DNA of 39,120 bases, from the NCBI GenBank assembly GCA_001642005.1, contig LWCA01000221.1, positions 1 through 39,120 of the forward strand, in the 5' to 3' direction. Below the pieces are notes generated by a model. That model was not told where the DNA came from, ran no database searches, and saw nothing but the letters and a program-made list of their open reading frames with translations. This document shows positions 34,950 through 39,120 of the stretch, piece after piece; position 1 is the stretch's first letter, and each line of letters opens with the position of its first letter. The position numbers and the translations under genes were made by a program. The DNA comes from Intoshia linei. Lineage: Eukaryota > Animalia > Orthonectida.

Positions 34950-36424
34950 TTACTTATATTTGGGTTGAATTTTTGAAGTTTCTTCTATACTTAATCCGTT
35001 TCGTTTCGCCTTTTGTCGACGATTACAAAACCAAACTCGAATAACTTCTACATTTTAAGATTACTAATAATATTAATAAATTGCAAACCTTTTTCTAAAT
35101 TGAGGTGTTGAGCTATAACATAAATTTCTGGTGCGTTAGGTTTACTGTGAGAAAGAAAATAATTTTCCAGTATATTTTTGATTGAAGAATCTATACTGGT
35201 TCGTTTCTTTCTTTTTCTTCCTAGCGAAGATAGTTTTTCAAAATTGGTGGGTGATCCATCCGAAGTATCAGCTTCCTCTAACCATTTTCTTAATAAAGGT
35301 TTAAGTTTGCACATGTTTTTAAAACTCAATTGCAAAGCTTCGAAACGACAAATGGTAGTTTGACTAAAGACTGACCCATAAAGCGACCCCAAAGCTAAAC
35401 CAACGTCTGCTTGAGTGTACCCTAACTTTATCCTCCTTTGTTTAAAAACTTTGGCAAATTCTTCCAATGCTTCAGTTGTGGTATTCTCAATATTTCCATC
35501 ATATATTTCCGAGTGCTTGGAATAATTGTTTCGAATATTTTTACATTTTTCTAAATTTAAATACTCGTTGTCTTCCGAGTTTGATTTTGTGGAAAGATTT
35601 TGAACAATTGAAAGACGACCGCTATCAATGCTAGTGTTTTTAAATGTACAAGTATTTGTGTTTAGATTGGAATGTCCTTTGGCATACATGTATGAAGGAA
35701 TTTGGAAGGGTTTAGTATAGTACGGCAAAGTTTTGTAGTATTCTAAATTTGATTCATTAAATTTTGAATTTCTGTAATTATAAGAAATATTTGGATTTAA
35801 ATAACTATCATATTGACTAGGAAATTTGTAAGGCGGTTTGCAGGAATCCAAGTTTGTGTAAGTTGGGCTTGGATCGGAAATTTCTGTTTTTGGCTGTTTT
35901 ACATTTGAATTTTGCATATTCACATAATTATAGGACGAATAATCAACTTTTTCTGGGTAAATTCCATTGAATAGGCAAGCTGATCTATCAAGTTCAGTAT
36001 TTTTGGTGGGATTATCATATATGCAATTGTTATTATAGGCTGAAGAAGAAAACCCGGGTTGGTATAAATCAAAGTTGCTACTGTTATTGTAATTGGGGCC
36101 AATCGTGCTAGAATTTGATGACGTCATAAGTAAATTTTGGTATTTACATGAATTCAAAGTGTTTTGCTGTCTGTAATTCAAAGGGATGAAATTAAAATTT
36201 TTGTTTGTGTTGGGGTAATCTTGTACATATTCATCCAAATTTCTATGTTCTGGAAGTGGTTGTTGCAAACATTTATTGTTAGGTGGGGTGTTTGAGTTGA
36301 ATACTACAATACTAGATGTGCTTCTGGGTTCCTCCATAGAACGAGAATTTAACATTTTATTCAAAATAGAACTTTCTGGGCCATTGTTGTGGTGTTTTGG
36401 TTCATTGTTTGTATTCAAGTTCAT
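34950..36424 (-). CDS. POU3: Class III POU-domain transcription factor (Brn1/2/4, vvl, ceh-6 type); complement(join(34950..35047,35089..36424))
   Basis: [67 protein letters not shown], class III linker ..GSPT..EK....[10 protein letters not shown], and a 41-bp intron that restores helix 3 [16 protein letters not shown]. An alternative last exon (34860..34902) and an upstream exon (AG directly before the ATG) are possible. Confidence 0.95.
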
Positions 36425-36766
36425 CTACATAAAAATATTAATTGGTATTTAATATGGGTGCAGTGGACAGGATGATAATTTAATTAAAAGTTCAATTATC
36501 CGTCCCATAAATAGTCGGAATAAATTAAGAAGATTTGACGATATTAAAATTATTCAAAATATTACCATAATTAAATGTTGCAGCTCTTAATTTAATATTT
36601 GATTTGTAGAGTTTGAATGATCATACTAATGACGGTAAACATGTTAAAAAAGATAATATAAATATGTATTTAGCGTAACTTTAGTCAATTTATGTAAATA
36701 TTATTGAATTTGGTATTTATTTTTAGTGGAATGTGAATTTTACTGTAAAGCTATTTAATTTAAATT

Positions 36767-37038
36767 ATGCAAATTTTATAATTTCACAAAACTGGATATA
36801 AATTTTTAAAACGCCTACTAGATTACATAAAAATTTGTATTTTGTTATTGATCCATCCATTAATTGTATTCAGCTCGGTGTCTGAAACAATGATTAAATT
36901 TTGTTTAGTGCCAAATTAATTATGCACACTTCATTCATGTCATTGGCTGTACATAATCTCTACAGTCCAATGCAATCACATTTATGTATTGCCTATTTAA
37001 AATTTCAATTCACACCATTTATCAATTTATATGCAAAT
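36767..37038. promoter_or_regulatory. Two perfect octamer motifs (ATGCAAAT) upstream of the POU3 gene
   Basis: ATGCAAAT at 36767-36774 and 37031-37038, plus a 7/8 match at 37229. Function is inferred only. Confidence 0.3.
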
Positions 37039-38114
37039 TAGATTTTTAGCTTATTAAGTCACACGTTTGTAGGATTTATCGATTTAGAAACTTGGATTTA
37101 GATTCCGTTACTTTTTATAAATTGGAATTATTTTAATTTTTGTAAGATATTTTGAAATAAAACTAAAGTAAATATAAGAAAATACACGTTTAATATAATG
37201 AATATTAAATTGAAACTAGTGTCTATATATGCAAAATTAAAATTGATACAGTTAAGGTTAATTATTAGTTCATTTTTAAAATTCGAAATCAAATCAAAAA
37301 TCAAACGCAAGTGTGAATATATAATAAAAAAATTATCAAAATCAAAATATTGACAATTGTTGTATTAATTCCGCCATCTTGCCTAAGGATTAAATATGTC
37401 GTTTGTTGTCGATTAATTTGAAAACAAATCAATACTTTTGATGAGCATATGTGATATATGCTGGTAAAACATAGTGTTATTTTGGCATTGTAAATTTGTA
37501 TTTGTGTGTCAAGGGATAGTTTCCATTTTTTATACGCAAATATTTGTAAATTCTCTGGAGTGGGTCTTGAGAGGTATCTCACATTTAGCGAGTGTTTTAT
37601 TATTTTCTCTATTCTGTATAACTGTATTTACAGAGGTTAAATCGTTTCAAGTGGATTTCCCACAATAATAATGTGATTAAATGGTTTTTTAGAAATTATT
37701 CAAAGTGATAACATTTAATTGAATTAATCAGCTACGTCGACTTTTTAAAAATCAGTTATTCTATGGTTAAATCCATTAATTATAAAACGATATTATCAAT
37801 AAACATCTTAAAATATAAAACAATGAAATTTTAACTTGGTTGTTTCATGTTATCGACGTTTCCTGTGGTGTATTGTAATTTTAATTAAATATTAAAATTA
37901 AAAATAAAACGTATTGTGAACAATATACATTTATTCCATCTTGACATTAAAATTAACAAGTAATACGTGTAATATTTGAAAAAAATTAGAAATGTCAAAG
38001 CCAACAAGATGCGCACATCAATATATGAGGGATTAAAAGATTAACTCTTCATTAATAACACTTCCTGAATATCAGTGACATTTATTTATACAAATTTACA
38101 TTTCATTTAGAAAT

Positions 38115-38977
38115 TTATCTATTCCTCAATATTTGTTGATCAGATTCTTTAGGTTGACTTTTACATTTCTAAATTCATTTTTTTCAATAAAATATAATTG
38201 TTACGTTTTTCTTATCAAACTCGTTTGATAATTGTATCAGCCGCTTGTATTTGTTTAGACGTATTTGGATTTCTGTTTGATGTTTTTTAATCTTATCTGG
38301 ATCAGAAAGTATTGGTTCTGAAACCTTATCATCACTATCAAAAACAGTTTTTTTTGAACATGACGTCAAGCAGCCAACATTATTTAAACATTTTTCCAAT
38401 TTCTATTTTATAGATTGTAAAATTAACATTTAAAACAATGTAAACCTTTTTTGCAGAAACAATCATGCTTTTCAACTGTTTTAAATTATTACTTAATTTA
38501 GCTTTTTTATCTACATCATTTCTTTTTGAAAAGTGCATGCCGTTCTAAAACATAAATTAAAAATTAAACACCATAAATCATTAGTCAAAACCAAGTATGC
38601 ATTCATCACGCTTGGAATAAATTAAAAAACAATCATAATTTAATAGAATTGACTCAAACTTCCAATAAAATGTGATTTATTCGGTATTCTTAAAATTTTC
38701 ATCCCAATTAAAAGTTTAAATGATGTAAATCCAAAACAATTATTAATATCTACGTTTTGATATAAACAAAAAACAATTTAAAAAAATATCAACTGATATT
38801 GATTTGAAATAATCAAAAGAAACCGCTTGATATATGATCAAATATTTCACGCAGTTGGCGTTAATTTAATTTACCACTAAATTAGAATTTTCCATATGAA
38901 AATAGAATTCATCCGGATTTTTTTCCAAAACTTTTTCTTTTAAAATTTTCACAGTATCTCGTTTTTTTTGATATTCT
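38115..38977 (-). CDS. UTP11: U3 snoRNA-associated protein 11, 5'-partial; complement(join(38115..38168,38205..38402,38446..38544,38875..>38977))
   Basis: EYQKKRDTVKILKEKVLEKNPDEFYFHMENSNLV|NGMH matches the UTP11 signature (KNPDEFY..M....DG.H). Phase-0 introns of 330, 43 and 36 bp. Confidence 0.85.
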
Positions 38978-39120
38978 CTAAAAAACTTAATTTTAATATA
39001 TTAAATCACTGCGTACTACAATAATCAGTAATGACTTATTACATATATATATATATAATATATATACTTACAATAATTCATTATTTTTTAATTATAATTA
39101 TTCAAAAATTGAATTTAAAT

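Overview
Very AT-rich (roughly three-quarters A+T by eye) animal genomic DNA, not prokaryotic. Genes are split by GT-AG introns, many only 33-46 bp, so the ORF track shows exon fragments; spliced models were rebuilt by hand. The tiny introns, low GC and spiralian-style genes suggest a compact spiralian parasite genome such as the orthonectid Intoshia (inference, not verified). Host genes, left to right: a 5'-partial single-pass receptor (SUEL/Gal-lectin + CUB-like + CCP-like + TM); an Asn-rich orphan gene (-); a GPI-type Ly6/quiver-like three-finger protein; RNA polymerase I largest subunit (RPA1/POLR1A), with no recognisable last exon; a coiled-coil gene fragment; a NEK2-like kinase whose 3.6 kb first intron holds a candidate antisense PAN-domain gene; a class III POU gene convergent with NEK2; and 5'-partial UTP11. 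Almost all long introns and intergenic spaces are filled with DNA-transposon debris: a Chapaev3 5' end, a piggyBac MITE with a nested hAT MITE, several hAT MITEs with 8-bp TSDs, hAT and Tc1 transposase remnants, a MULE-type foldback MITE and a large modular inverted-repeat element. I found no convincing novel multi-gene system. The best leads are the lectin-CUB-CCP receptor, the nested antisense PAN gene, the missing RPA1 C-terminus, the modular foldback element and the inflation of micro-introns by MITEs.
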